Shown here in pieces: positions 1 to 12,790 of a stretch of DNA of 64,000 nt. A program made the position numbers and the translations under genes. The notes beneath the pieces were generated by a model. It did not search any database. It was not told the origin of the DNA and saw only the letters and a list, made by a program, of their open reading frames with translations. The stretch lies in NCBI GenBank assembly GCA_038087875.1, contig CM075994.1, positions 1,862,001 through 1,926,000 of the forward strand, read 5' to 3'. Position 1 is the first letter of the stretch. The number at the start of each line of letters is the position of its first letter. Origin of the DNA: Malacoraja senta (lineage: Eukaryota).

Positions 1-281
1 ACAGGCCCTTCGGCCCACCGAGTCCGCATTGACCAGCGATCCCTGCTGACTAATACCATCCTTCACGCACTGGGCACAATTTACTATTTTACCAAGCCAA
101 TTAGTCTACAAACCTGTACATTTTTGGAGTGTGGGAGGAAACCGGAGCACCCGGAGAAAAGCCACGTAGGTCATGGGGAGAACATATAAACTGTATACAG
201 ACAGCACCCATTGTCAGGATCGAACCTGTGTCTATGACGCTGTGTAGCAGCAGCTCTACCAGCGGCAACATTGTGCCACCC
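1..281 (-). mobile_element. tRNA-derived SINE, HE1/V-SINE type
   Basis: Reverse complement shows the ggtggcacaa...ggttcgatcc A/B-box head, V-SINE core (atgttctcccc...gtgctccggtttcctcccaca) and CR1-type tail ctcggtgggccgaagggcctgt. Confidence 0.85.
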
Positions 282-519
282 TTGTTCCACTGTGTCGCCC
301 AGACAATCTGGTCACTACTGTCCACACGTGAATACATGCACACTGAAGATATCTGCACCATCCCTACCATCTAGATTTGGGAAAGACCTGAGCACTCCCT
401 GATTGATGAGCTTCAATGATACTCTGCACACTCACCAAGCTATGAGGGGAGCCAAAACAAGGTATTGCTCAAAAGGTTCACAACACACAATAAACAATTA
501 ATGGCAAGGTCCTTAACTC

Positions 520-905
520 CATCTACACTTCACACTGCCTCGGAAAAGCATCCAAAATTATCAGCCCCATTCCGGTCATTCTTTCTTCTCCCTGCTCCGG
601 TTTGGCAGAATGTACAGAAGTTTGAAAGTGTGCATCAGCAGACTCAGGAACAGCTTCTTCCCCTCTGATATCAAGCTTCTGAAAGGCCATTCCCCAAGCT
701 AGGGGACTGTCTGATTCACCTCTACTCCATTGCAGACATTGGATTTGTCTCTGGAACTGATGCGCTACAATGCTGAGAACTATATTCTGCATCCCGTATC
801 TTCCCCTTTGCTCTTTCTATTATACTTGAATTGACTTGATTGTATTTATGTATAGTATTATGTGATCTGACTGGATAGCATGCAAAACAACGTTTTTCAC
901 TGCAG
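520..905 (+). mobile_element. Rex1/Babar-like LINE 3' fragment
   Basis: Same 3' sequence as 36707-37015, 38330-38770 and 42100-42730 (…cagactcaggaacagcttcttcccc…gatagcatgcaaaacaa…ttttcactg). The longer copy at 32300 encodes LNVSKTKELVVDFRK. Confidence 0.65.
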
Positions 906-909
906 AAAC

Positions 910-1160
910 AAAGAACTGCAGATGATGGTTTATTACAAAGACACACACAAAGTGCTGGAGTAACTAAGCAACTCAGGCAGCATCTCTGGAGAAAAGGAAC
1001 AGGTGACGTTTCGGGTCGGAACCCTTCTTCAGACTTACGAAGGGTTCCAACCCGAAACGTCACCTGTTCCGTTTTTCCAGAGATGCTGTCTGACCCACTG
1101 AATTACTCCAGCATTTTCTGTCTATCTTCGGTGTAAACCAGCATCTGTAGTTCCTTCCTA
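910..1160. mobile_element. Palindromic Penelope-derived mini-element with hammerhead core on the minus strand (1005-1032)
   Basis: Two inverted ~120-bp arms. Minus strand reads gtCTGAAGAagggttccgacccGAAACGTCac. The arm sequence matches the 3' end of the GIY-YIG-encoding Penelope copies at 19897 and 49100. Confidence 0.8.
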
Positions 1161-1269
1161 CATGGTTCTGATGAAGGGTTTTCAACCTGCAATGATAATT
1201 CTGTATCTCTTTACACAGATACTGCCCAACCTGCTGAGTGTTTCCAGATTATTCTGTCTTTATTGCAGA

Positions 1270-1535
1270 TTAAGGGAAGAATAAGGGGTAGGCCATTTAG
1301 GACTGAAATGAGGAAAAACTTTTTCTGCCAGAGAGTTGTGAATCTGTGGAATTCTCTGTCACAGAAGGCTGGATGTTTTCAAAAGAGAGCTAGATTTAGC
1401 TCTTAGGGCTAACGGAATCAAGGGACGGGGTACTGATTTTGGATGATCAGCCATGATCATATTGAATGGTGGTGCTGGCTCGTAAGGCTGAATGGCCCAC
1501 TCCTGCACCTATTTTCTATGTTTCTATGTTTCTAT
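1270..1535 (+). mobile_element. CR1 LINE 3' end
   Basis: Matches the 3' end of the 39055-40395 CR1 (RVVNLWNSL, gatcagccatgatcatattgaatgg) with a (TTTCTATG)n tail. Confidence 0.85.
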
Positions 1536-2259
1536 TTCCAGCATCTGAGTTTTAAAAAAAATTGTTTCACGAAGTAACCATACCCTGGGGTGTTGACAGA
1601 ACCTGCAGGTGGGCACCTAAGATGCAGCTTAATCTGGTTAGCATCTCTTCTGAGGTCTACCTTCTCCCTTGTGCAGCTCACATACAAAGGAATTCCCACT
1701 GGCAAGTCTATTAGAGTCATTAACAGCCTGAAGTTAATAAACAGCACTGAGGCAATTATAGCAAAGTCTCTTGCAGGTACAAAAGACAGCAGGTTGGGCA
1801 GAGCAGGGATACAGGGAGCTGGCTTACAAGAATTAAGAAACTCCCTCTGCCGCTAATCATTCCTAACCATGATGGTCCTGTTATTGGTGTTCTGCAAATT
1901 ATTCTACTAAGTCGAATGAAAGATGTGAGAAAATAATTTTCATCTCTCTCCATGCCTATTTAAACATCACTGAAGTTGGCAACTTCCATTACCAATTGCA
2001 TGAGGGATATCAACATTCAGGTACTATTATGTCTACAAGGTACTTCGGCCTCAACTTGTCCATGCCATCCAAGATGTCCCATATACACTAGTCCCACCTG
2101 CCTGCCATCGGCCCATATCCCTCTAAACCTATCCTGTCCATGTACCTATCCAAATGTCTTATAAATGTTGTCATAGTATCTGCCTCAACTACCCCCTCTG
2201 GCAGCTCATTCCAAATACCCACCCACACCCCCTGGAGCGCCACAACCAATCTAACTTTA

Positions 2260-2560
2260 GGGCTGCACAGTGGCAAAGCAGCTGTCTCACCGCACCAGAG
2301 ACCCGGGTTTGATCCTGACTATGGGTGCTGTCTGTACAGAGTGTGTACATTCTCCCTGTGACTGCGTGGGTTTTCTCCGGGCGCTCTGGTTTCCTCCCAC
2401 ATTCTAAAGGCGTATAGGTTTGTAGGTTAATTGACTTTCAGTAAGTTTTAAAAATTGTTACTAGCATGTAGGATAGTGTTAGTGTATGGGGCGATTGCTG
2501 GTTGGTACGGACTCAGTGGGTCAAAGGGCCGTCCGCGCTGTATCTCTAAAGTCTAAACCT
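2260..2560 (+). mobile_element. HE1/V-SINE
   Basis: gacccgggtttgatcc B-box, V-SINE core and CR1-like tail. Confidence 0.8.
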
Positions 2561-2957
2561 CTTGACTCCCCTAAGACCCAGTTCATAGAGTCATTGAGTC
2601 ATACAGCAAGGAAAAAGGCCCTTCACCCCAACTTGCCCATGCCGACCAAACTGCATCATCTACACTAGTCCCACCTGCCCACGTTTGGCCCATATCTCTC
2701 GAAACCTTTCCTGTGCTCTCCAGCTGGACCTTTTCCTACAGAAAGCTAACAGTATCCTTTCTAGACCCAACACCTTTCTAGATACTAAACTTTGAATAGG
2801 TGCTGCCAATACTATCCCTGAAATGTATTTCATTATTTTAGTGGGTGCGCCATTTGTTTGGGTGAAAGAATGGACTACATTTTCAGTCTCATTACCAAAT
2901 TCTTTTCTTAACTCAGGTTTTCTATTTCTATTTTTCTATTTCCTCCAAAACTCTTAC

Positions 2958-3142
2958 CCTGGAAAATAATTTTGCCACGCAGCATGTAGCCTCTGAAGTG
3001 ATGTTCTTGGGAACCAGCATTGTTTTCTTGGACCTCATTGGTGTGGGATAAGCACGGGAAAAGCAACAGCCTTTACACTGGAAAATGGGTATCCCTGGCC
3101 TTGTGAACCGGGTGTTCTCCTTCAGCCTGCAGTCCGGGCATC
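2958..3142 (-). CDS. cga: Glycoprotein hormone alpha subunit, coding exon 3 (cystine-knot core)
   Basis: Translates (G)[61 protein letters not shown], the diagnostic CGA [13 protein letters not shown]...[20 protein letters not shown] stretch. Acceptor ttcttcccaaAG (AG at 3144-3143), donor AGG|gtaaga (GT at 2957-2956). 185 nt, phase 1 in and phase 0 out. Confidence 0.97.
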
Positions 3143-3265
3143 CTTTGGGAAGAAAGGACAAATTTGGATCAACATTCCAGATCCTGGATTTAACACAACC
3201 TACAAAAGCTTTCACTACAAACAACATGTTCTGACTGGCCTAAGTTACTGTCAGATGAACAACGA

Positions 3266-3585
3266 GGGCGGCACGGTGGCACAGCGGTCGAGTTGTTGCC
3301 TTACAATGCCAGAGACCCGGGTTCGATCCTGGCAATGAGTGCTGTCTATACAGAGTTTGTATGTTCTCCCCGTGACCTGTGTGGGTTTTCTCCGTGTGCT
3401 CCAGTTTCCTCCCACTCTCCAAGGATGTACAGGTTTGTAGGTTAATTGGGTTTGGTAAAGATTGTACATTGACCCTAGTGTGTAGGATATTGCTAGTGTA
3501 TGGGGATCACTGGTCGGCGCGGATCGGTGGGTTGGTGGGCCGGAGGGCTTGTTTCCATGCTGTATCTCTAAACTACACTAAACCA
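3266..3585 (+). mobile_element. HE1/V-SINE (cga intron 2)
   Basis: gggcggcacggtggcacagcgg A-box, ggttcgatcc B-box, V-SINE core, tail ctctaaactacactaaac. Confidence 0.88.
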
Positions 3586-4114
3586 AATGGTTATGGTTAT
3601 GTCCAAGACAATAACAAGCCACGCTATTCTTTTGGCATCCTATCCCATGAAAGCTCGTTAAACAATCATGAATAATAAAGAAAGACACAAAGTGCTCTTA
3701 CGAAGCTATACTATATTTGATTTTTTTTCCACCCTGAGAGAAAGGTTCTGACCCTACCCTATCTATGCCTCTCATAATTTTATGTACTTCTATCAAGTCT
3801 CCCCTCAACCTCTGACTGTTATTCTTATGTGGACTCAGTGGATCCAATGGCCCACTTTGTTGCCTTCATTCCTCACCAACTATCAGTGACACATCCCCCG
3901 ACCTCTTCCCTCTGCTGTTATACCTACCTCTGCCTCCTGGTGGTGCTGCTGAGCTTTTCTTCAGCATTGACCTCACTCTGAGCACATTCAGTGCCCATGT
4001 CGGGTGGGGGGTGTTCAGTCTTCAGCAGAGGGAGGGCTACAAGTCGTAGCAGCAGCACCCTGCATTTTGACCATGTTTTAACCTGAAGATTTTATGAGAT
4101 TCAGAAGACAACAC

Positions 4115-4390
4115 TGTGGCGAAGCTGGTAGAGCTGTAACTAACAGCATCAGACACCCGGGTTTGATGCTGAACTCTGTGTGGAGTTTGCATGTTCTCCC
4201 CGTGACCGTGTGGGTTTCCTCCCACATCGCAAAAGACGTGCCGGTTGGTGGTTAATTGGCCCTCTGTAAATTTACCCCAGTGTGTAGGAAGTGGGTGAGA
4301 AAGTGGGATAACATAGAACTGGCGTGAATAAGTGATTGACGGTCGGCATGGACTCGGTGGGCCGAAGGGCCATGTTTCCATGCTGCAGCA
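4115..4390 (+). mobile_element. V-SINE, second subfamily
   Basis: Core tgtgtggagtttgcatgttctccccgtg and tail gactcggtgggccgaagggcc. Confidence 0.75.
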
Positions 4391-4989
4391 TTCTCTTGGT
4401 CAGTGATACGTTGAGGACTTCCAGAACCATTCACTTCCAACTGTGTACAGTTGTGGTCCCATGAGTTTGTCAGGCTGGTTTAATCAGCCTTGTAAGGGTA
4501 CCTCTCCCAGCTTTACTACAAACCCAAATTTAAATAAGAGGGCTTTATACAGGAGGAGAAATGTTTTTATCCAGAGGGTGGTGAATCTGTGGAATTCATT
4601 GCCACAGACGGCTGTGGAGTCCAAGTCAGCGGGTATTTTTAAAGCTGAAAACGATAGGTTCTTGATTAGGAAGGGAATCAAAGGTTACAGGGAGAAGGCA
4701 GGACAATGGGGTTAAAAGGGAAAAATAGAACAGCCATGATTGAATGGCATAGTAGACTCGATGGGCTGAATGGCCTAATTCTGCTATTATGTCATGATCG
4801 GGACTTCAATAGTGACACATGAATCCCAAACTTGATGGCTCTTTACTGTGTAACTGGGGAACATTTCCCAGCAGGTTCCAAGGCAATGATTTATCTCCTG
4901 AGAACCAGGTTGTAACAGCGACACTGTTTTTTATCTCTGCTGGCTTTCCATCCTTTGTTTTCAACTCATGTTTCTACAGATGCTGATTT

Positions 4990-5275
4990 TTACTTTAGAC
5001 TTTAGAGATATAGCGCACAAACATGCCATTGAGCCCACCAAGTCGTACTCGCACTATCTATGCACTAGGGGCAATTTTACAATTTTACTGAAGCTATTTA
5101 ACCTACAAACCTGTATTTCTTTGGAGTATGGGAGGAAATCGGAGCACTCGGAGGACACCCATACGGTCATAGGGAGAACGTGCAAACTCCGTACAGACAG
5201 CACCTGCAGTCAGGAACAAACCCCGGTCTCTGGCATTGTAAGGCAGCAACTCTACAGCTGTGTCAGTGTGCCACT
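4990..5275 (-). mobile_element. HE1/V-SINE
   Basis: Reverse complement of the same SINE consensus as 3266-3585. Confidence 0.75.
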
Positions 5276-5308
5276 CTAAGACAACCACTGGCAATGTGTG
5301 AATCTCAC

Positions 5309-5420
5309 CTCCAGCTGCAGCCTCCACCTCAGGAAAGGAATGAAAGCTGTGCTCCACCATGAGAAGAACAATCAGAACCAGACCACCACACTTCATGTAA
5401 TCAAGCATCTTGTAAACAGG
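5309..5420 (-). CDS. cga: Glycoprotein hormone alpha subunit, exon 2 (signal peptide and mature N-terminus; ATG at 5408)
   Basis: Acceptor tttatgtttcAG (5422-5421). From ATG 5408 it reads MLDYMKCGGLVLIVLLMVEHSFHSFPEVEAAAG+G: a hydrophobic signal peptide ending HS|FP as in vertebrate CGA. Donor GAG|gtgaga; the phase-1 end joins exon 3 in frame (G+GA=Gly, then CPDC). Confidence 0.92.
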
Positions 5421-7028
5421 CTGAAACATAAAGGCCAACCATTATATATAATTACCACTAATATTTTGTCTCATGATGAAATCAACCTAAACTGGCCATA
5501 CCGCTAAAGTCATAGTCATCCAGCACAGAAACAGGCTCTCCGGCCCAACTCTTCCATGCTGACCATGATGCCCCATTTACACTTGTCCCACCTGCCCGCA
5601 TTTGGCCCGTATCGCTCGAAACCTTTCCTATCCGCATACCCATTCAAGTGTCTTTTAAATGTTGTTATTGTACCTGTCTCAACTACATCAACTGGCAGCT
5701 TGTTCTATGAACCCACCTTCTCTGTTTGAAAAAGTTACCCCTCGGGTTCCTATTAAATCATTCCCCTTTCACCTTAAACCTATCTCCTCTGCCTTATGAT
5801 TCTGGGTAAAAAACTGCATTCACCTTATCTATTCCGCACATGATTTTATACACCTCTATATGAGCTGTGAGACTCTACCAGCAGAACCTCTGTGTCACCC
5901 ATTTTGTGTTTTGTTTAAACAATGAACGAGAATGGTTTTGATTGAGAGCGGGATGTTGGCTTAGTGATTCCCTTTCTTCCTTCAGTAGTTCTGCAGCATA
6001 AACATAGATCGGCTGAATTTTACACAAAAAAACAGAAAATGCTGGATGCACTCAGCATCTGTAAGGGTGTTTCTTTTTCCACAGATGCTGACTGACGTCG
6101 TGAGTATTTCCAACTGTTTTAATTTCATATTTCTGGCATCTGCAGCTTTTAGATTTTAATCAGCTGTGTTTTGGTTACTGATTTGCAAGACAGTGCCCAC
6201 TCTCATATTCCACAGATATATCAGCCTTCATGTTGAAATCTATGCTGGGCTTTGAACCTGTAGCTTTCTGACTGAGCAGTGAGAAGGCTTTTAACGAAAA
6301 TTAAACTGTAGTTAAATATAAAAATTAGGTTTGCAAAAATGCTTCCAATGTATCAGGTTTAGGTTTAGGTGTATTATTATCACGTTTACAATGAAAAGCT
6401 ACAAAGCTACACTGGAAAGCTTTGTTTTGCATGCTATTTAAACAGATCAATTATGTCTTAGAGACAATCAATTCAGACTTGTGCAATAGATAGAACAAAG
6501 GGGAAGATACAGAGTGCAGAATATAGTACAGAGGGCATAATGTAGTGCAGAATATCAGTAACAATTAAAATGTCTTCTATGTAAAAGTCCTATTAGTTTC
6601 CTATGTCAAAGGATAATTTGTTTAAGTATATCATTAAATGCAAAATATGTCTAATGCATTATTGAAATGCCTTCTTTGTAAAATTGTTATTAGTGTTTGT
6701 AGTGTAGTGTATATACTGGTAACTGTATCCTTAAGAACTGAGTACCAGGTGGGGTGATTTGAGACATGTGATATATTCATGCTTTAGTCTCGTGAATATG
6801 TGTGTGAGTGTGCGCGGTGTACTTTTGTAAAATATAGAAGACCCACACTGGCAAATGCTTGACTGAAACCTGTGTTTGTTTCTATCTACATGCCACTACC
6901 ATTATATCTTACAGTTTTCTATGTAATGTAAGTACATCATGAAATACAAAATAAGCCTAATGCTACTACTACTGCACAAGACTTTCACTTCATTGAGATT
7001 TTGCATATAAGTGAACACCATCTCTCAC

Positions 7029-7122
7029 CATTGTCCAGTTCTGGAATCTGAAGATAACGTGGAGCAGTTGTGATGATGTTCTGTGCGCCTGCCTGTCTTT
7101 TGATGGCACCCTCCCTGCATTC
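7029..7122 (-). other. cga: Putative cga exon 1 (mostly 5'UTR; start approximate)
   Basis: Begins ~25-30 nt downstream of a TATAAA and ends at a good donor ATG|gtgaga (GT at 7028-7027). Size and position fit the short first exon of vertebrate CGA genes. Confidence 0.65.
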
Positions 7123-7147
7123 TGTGGCAATGCTGGATCTCACAGCC

Positions 7148-7270
7148 TTTATACCCATTGCGACTTGTATCAGATGCAGGGGAACAGACATTGCATAACC
7201 AATAGCACAATTGACATAATTACCTCCTCATCCAAATCCCCACTCAGGAACAATTCTGTCAGATAATCCC
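7148..7270 (-). promoter_or_regulatory. cga: Putative cga proximal promoter
   Basis: Minus strand GGTATAAAGGCTGTGAG (TATAAA at 7153-7148), ATTGG/CCAAT at 7199-7203, GGTAATTA at 7224-7217, AGATAA (GATA) at 7261-7266 overlapping TAATCC (Pitx/bicoid-type) at 7264-7269. Non-repetitive sequence. Confidence 0.65.
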
Positions 7271-8799
7271 ACATATAAGTAGCTGAATTTCATTTCAGCC
7301 ACCACATGCATTAAAAGAGATTAGAGAAAAGTACTTTTCTTTGAGTATCCAGCTGTTTCAGATACTGTGACATTGAATTCCTAGTATTACAATAATAAAG
7401 CAATTCGGGCATTAGTTACTTCAAAGGTTATTGTCCAAATTTAATCGTTAAAAGCCCAAAACAAGTATCCAAGGAAGGATCTGTGGTCGGACCAATTGCA
7501 TAAGATACAGATCAGGTGCAGCCTTGTTGCCATCGTTCCCTTCATGGTAGGTTTCCAATCACCGCCAGGTTGCAAGTGAATGAAGCAAACAGCAGCAAGT
7601 CACATAGTCGATCTCCAGTACAGTTCCACTCCCTTACAAGTCTTTGCCCACATTCTTTGTTGGAAAATGCACAAATCATAACATTGTGAGAGGAGGGGCA
7701 AATCAATACTTGATAGACCAGGGAAGAGGGGGGAGCAGCGGTTACAATCAGATCAGCCATGATTTTGTTGAGCAGCAGAGGAGGCTCGAGGGGCTGTGGC
7801 CCATTCATGCTCCTGATTTATATGTGTATATGTATAAACAATTTGTTCACCACATTTAGTCATAGAGCCATAGAGCATGGAAACAGGCCCGATAACCCAA
7901 CTTACCCAAGCTGACGAAGATGCCACATCTACACGAGTCCCATCTGCCCACGTTTGACCCAGATCCCTCTAAACCATTCCTATCCATGTACCAGTTCAAA
8001 TGTCTTGTAACTTGCACCACATTATTCTCACTCCACTATGATTCAATATACCATTCTGAAATGTTCTTTATTTTATTAATTTGGGGAGTCTGCTTCAATC
8101 ATTCTCTTGATTTGAATGCCTTTTGAATGCCTTTACATTCACTCCACAGCCACATTGATTATTTTCATCTTAAACTTATCATTTTGAAATGGAAATAATC
8201 TATGACTATTTCTCTTGTCAACATTCCGTTATGCCTGTAAGGATTTTAAATTGGGAAGGTAATCCAAAGTTACTGTTTCCATAAAACATAGAACAGTACA
8301 GCACAGGAACAATGTTTCCACTGAAATTATGCCAATTTAAGCTGATCTCATCTGCCTGTACATGATCCATATCCCTCTATTCCCTGCAGTTCCATGTGCC
8401 TAACCCAAAATCCTCTTAAACACCACTATCGTGGTTTGTATCTCTAAACCAAACTCTAAATCAGCATATCCACAAAATCGCTCGAAGTGAGGAATAAACG
8501 GCTGTCTTAATCCTGTACATACAATTTTTCCAAAGGTTTGTGTATCCAAACAAAATGATCCAATAATCCAGGACCATAGGAACGTTGTCATTCCTTCAAA
8601 TAGAATATTCTCAATGATCCTTTTATTCCTATCAGATCTTGGTCCACTTAAGTTCTAAACCAATTGGCTATCCCATCAAAATGATTTACTAAGCAATTTT
8701 ACAGCTTGATTTCAGCAGCAGTTTATTTGGGTAAATCCCACTGGAAAGAACTAAGGATATTAAAGGCATTCAACTGTACATATTATTTCTTAAAAACAA

Positions 8800-10415
8800 T
8801 ATATGAAAGAGGATCTAGGGTGACAGAGGAACTGAAGGAAATCCACATTAGGCAGGAAATGGTGTTGGGTAGACTGATGGGACTGAAGACTGATAAATCC
8901 CCAGGGCCTGATGGTCTACATCCCAGGATACTTAAGGGAGTGGCTCTAGAAATCGTGGACGCATTGGTGATAATTTTCCAATGTTCTATAGATTCAGGAT
9001 TGGTTCCTGTGGATTGGAGGGTAGCTAATGTTATCCCACTTTTTAAGAAAGGCGGGAGAGAGAAAACAGGGAATTATAGACCAGTTAGCCTGACATCGGT
9101 GGTGGGGAAGATGCTGGAGGCAATTATAAAAGATGAAATAGCAGCACATTTGGATAGCAGTAACAGGATTGGTCTGAGTCAGCATGGATTTACGAAGGGG
9201 AAATCATGCTTGACTAATCTTCTGGAAGTTTTTAAGGATGTAACTAGGAAAATGGACAAGGAAGAGCCAATGGATGTAGTGTGCCTGGACTTTCAGAAAG
9301 CCTCTGATAAGGTCCCACATAGGAGATTAGTGGGCAAAATTAGGGCACATTAGGGAATTAGGGAAAATTGGTTGGCAGACAGGAAACAAAGAGTAGGGAT
9401 TAACGGGTCACTTTCAGAATGGCAGGCAGCGACTAGTGGGGCACCGCAAGGCTCGGTGCTGGGACCGCAGCTATTTACAATATACATCAATGATTTAGAT
9501 GAAGGGATTCAAAGTAACATAAGCAAATATGCAGATGACACAAAGCTGGGTGGCAGTGTGAACTGTGAGGAGGATGCTATGAGAATGTAGGGTGACTTGG
9601 ACAGGTTGGGTGAGTGGGCAGATGCATGGCAGATGAAGTTTAATGTGGATACATGTGAGGTTATCCACTTTGGTAGCAAAAACAAGAAGGCAGATTATTA
9701 TCTAAATGGTGTCAAGTTGGGAAAAGGGGAAGTACAACAGGATCTGGGGGTCCTTGTTCATCAGTCAAAGAAAGTAAACATGCAGGTACAGCAGGCAGTG
9801 AAGAAAGCGAATGGCATGTTGGCCTACATAACAAGAGGAGTTGAGTATAGGTGCAAAGAGGTCCTTCTGCAGTTGTATAGGGCCCTAGTGAGACCACACC
9901 TGGAGTATTGTGTGCAGTTTTGGTCCCCTAATTTGAGGAAGGACATTCTTGCTATTGAGGGAGTGCAGCGTAGGTTTACAAGGTTAATTCCCGGGATGGC
10001 AGGACTGTCATACGCTGAGAGAATGGAGCGGCTGGGTTTGTTTACTCTGGAGTTTAGAAGGATGAGAGGTTCTCTTATTGAAACACATAAGATTGTTCTG
10101 GGTTTGGACACGCTAGAGGCAGGAAACATGTTCCCGATGTTGGGGGAGTCCAGAACCAGGGGCCACAGTTTAAGAATAAGGGGTAAGCCATTTAGAACGG
10201 AGATGAGGAAACACTTCCTCACACAGACAGTTGTGAGTCTGTGGAATTCTCTGCCTCAGAGGGCAGTGGAGGCCGGTTCACTGGATACTTTCAAGAGAGC
10301 GGAGTCAGGGGATATGGTGAGAAGGCAGGAATGGGGTACTGATTAGGGATGATCACATTGAATGGCGGTGCTGGTTCAAAGGGCCGAATAGCCTACTCCT
10401 GCTCCTATTGTCTAT
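8800..10415 (+). mobile_element. 5'-truncated CR1 LINE ORF2 (RT and C-terminus), disrupted
   Basis: ORFs 8706-9353, 9372-9590 and 9597-10346 give [49 protein letters not shown] and RPHLEYCVQFWSP, with stops and a deletion. Confidence 0.95.
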
Positions 10416-12444
10416 TAACTTTAATACATACAATTGCATCATTTTCATTTCATGTTATAAACATTATTTTGCAGGCAGTCTTCCAGCACAAAGAAAGTTA
10501 AGTACATCTTCAACTTGCATCAATAACTTATGCCAGGAAACTCCATATAAGTTCTCATTGCCAGACTCCGACCCTTCAAATGAATCTCCAGATGGCCAGC
10601 TTTGACCTGCTAGCAAACATTGGACCTGAACATTGCAGGAAATTGCACCTAAGTGTTACCAATTTAAATTCAGTAATTCATAAGTTCATAAGTTATAAGA
10701 GCAGAATTAGACCCATCAAGTCTACTCTACCATTCAATTATGGCTGATCTTCTTTCCTTCTCAACCCGATATTCCTGCCTTTTCCCCATAACCCCTGGCA
10801 CCCTTACTAATCAAGAGTGTCAGGGGTTATGGGTTATGGAGTTGTGAATGTGGAACTTGTTCACGCCCATTTGTCAGCCATTCCCCAAATGCTCTCCATC
10901 ATTTGAACTCTCAAAGGTGAGTTTGTTCTTATTACTAAGAGTAGAGGTGTTCACAGGTATCACACAATCAGTTGCAAGAGTAGTGCATCAACAAAGAACA
11001 GCAGGTGCTGGTTTACACCAAAGATGGACACAAAGTGGAGTAACTCAACGGGTCAGGCAGCATCTCTGGAGAAAACAGATGTGTGATGTCCCAGCTTGGA
11101 ACCCTTCTTATGATTCGGATTCAGACTGAGATTCAGTTACTCCAGCAATTTGTGTCTAGCAAGAGGAGAGTGTGCAGTTTTGGATTCATAGAACATAGAA
11201 GAGTAGAGCACAGGAATAGGCCCAATGCCTGTGGCGAACATGATGCCAAGAACAACTTATCTGCCTGCACATAATCCATATCCCTTCATATTCATGTGCT
11301 TAACCAAAAATCTCTTCATTGTCACCATTGTATCTGCCTCCACCACCATTCCCAGCAGCACTTTATTTTCAGAAATTCCAATTTTATTCCGTACTTCAAA
11401 TTTTTGGGTCATGGTTTGTGAATTCCATAAGGGCAAATTTCCATAACACGAAAGGTTGTAACGCACAGGTCATTATGTAATGTAATTACTGAGGGGACAC
11501 ATCAAAAAAAAATTACTCTTTTATTCCAGAAATGAAATTTAATAGTCCTCGTTTACATATAATTCTCATTTTTGCTTCTGAATTATTAAAAATCAAACAT
11601 ATAGAAGTAGACAGAGCTGGGAATGAGCAAAACACAAGATAATTGAGAGTTTTAGAGGGCATTCGCTTTATTTAAATTAAAGTCATGTTCACTTTCCATC
11701 AGTCATTTCAATAAAGGTGAAAAAAAATGCTAATCCTGGCAAAAAATAGCACAGAAATTAAACTAAATGATGATTGAATATTATAATGCAAGTACTGAAC
11801 ACTGTTACATGAGGAATTCTGCCACAAAGCAATGATTTTAGGAAGGATTTGAGACGACATTCAAGTAACTTATTTGTAACTATGGACTGTTCCTACAATA
11901 TATATGAACGATAGTTAATTAATGGGAAGAGGAGATTTAGTGAACATCCCATTCTCAATGCTGTTGCAGCAGAGCTTGAGTGTAAATGACAAGGCCTCCT
12001 CAATTATCTCAGTCCACTCATAACATCCCACCATCATAGAAGACAGTTTTCAGCTAATTTAATTCATTCCACGTGTTATCAAGACATGGCTGAGTGCTCT
12101 TTATACAACCCCAGCAGAACTGCTGAATGCTTGCGTTTAGTTTAGTTTATGGTCACCTGTACTGAAACGTTTTTGTTGCGCGCTAACCAGTCAGCGGAAA
12201 AAACATACATGATTCCAATCAAGCCACCCATAGTGTTCAGATGAATGATAAATGGAAATTCTGCTGTTGGAGTAGAGTTTTAAAAGAGTGGAGTGATTGT
12301 AATGCGTGATTGCAGATCCACTTCTGTGACCAGCACACAGAGTCGCATGGCTTGTGCGTCATCATGGATCTCTCAATTTAGAGCAAATTTTGCACTTAGT
12401 CAAACTCTCCATTACGCACAGTCCATAAAAAGCAGGGCAATTCT

Positions 12445-12790
12445 AATGAGAGGCATAGATAGAAAAGATAGTCAGAACCTTTTGCCCAAGATGGAAAAAT
12501 CAAATACTAGAGGGCACACCTTAAAGGTGAGAGGGGCAAAATTTAAAGGAGATGTGCGGGGTAGATTTTGTTACATGGAGGAATGTGCCTGGAACACACT
12601 GTCAGGCGTGGTGGTTGAGGCTGATACAATAATGGCTTTTAAGAGACTTTTGCATAGGTATATGGATATGCAGGGAATGGAGGGACATGGATTATGTGCA
12701 TGTAAATAGGAATTGGTCTTCGCATCATGTTTGGCACAGACATTGTGTATCAAAGGGCCTGTTCTTGTACTGTTCTATGTTCTGTGTCAT
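12445..12790 (+). mobile_element. CR1 3' fragment
   Basis: MRGIDRKDSQNLLPKMEKSNTRGHTLKVRGAKFKGD, CR1 C-terminus and 3'UTR. Confidence 0.8.

Noticed and set aside
1..2957. Search for cga exon 4
   Set aside because: No ENHT/CSTCYYHK-like segment seen; the exon probably lies beyond the left edge.
3266..3340. tRNA-like A/B boxes
   Set aside because: These are SINE heads, not tRNA genes.
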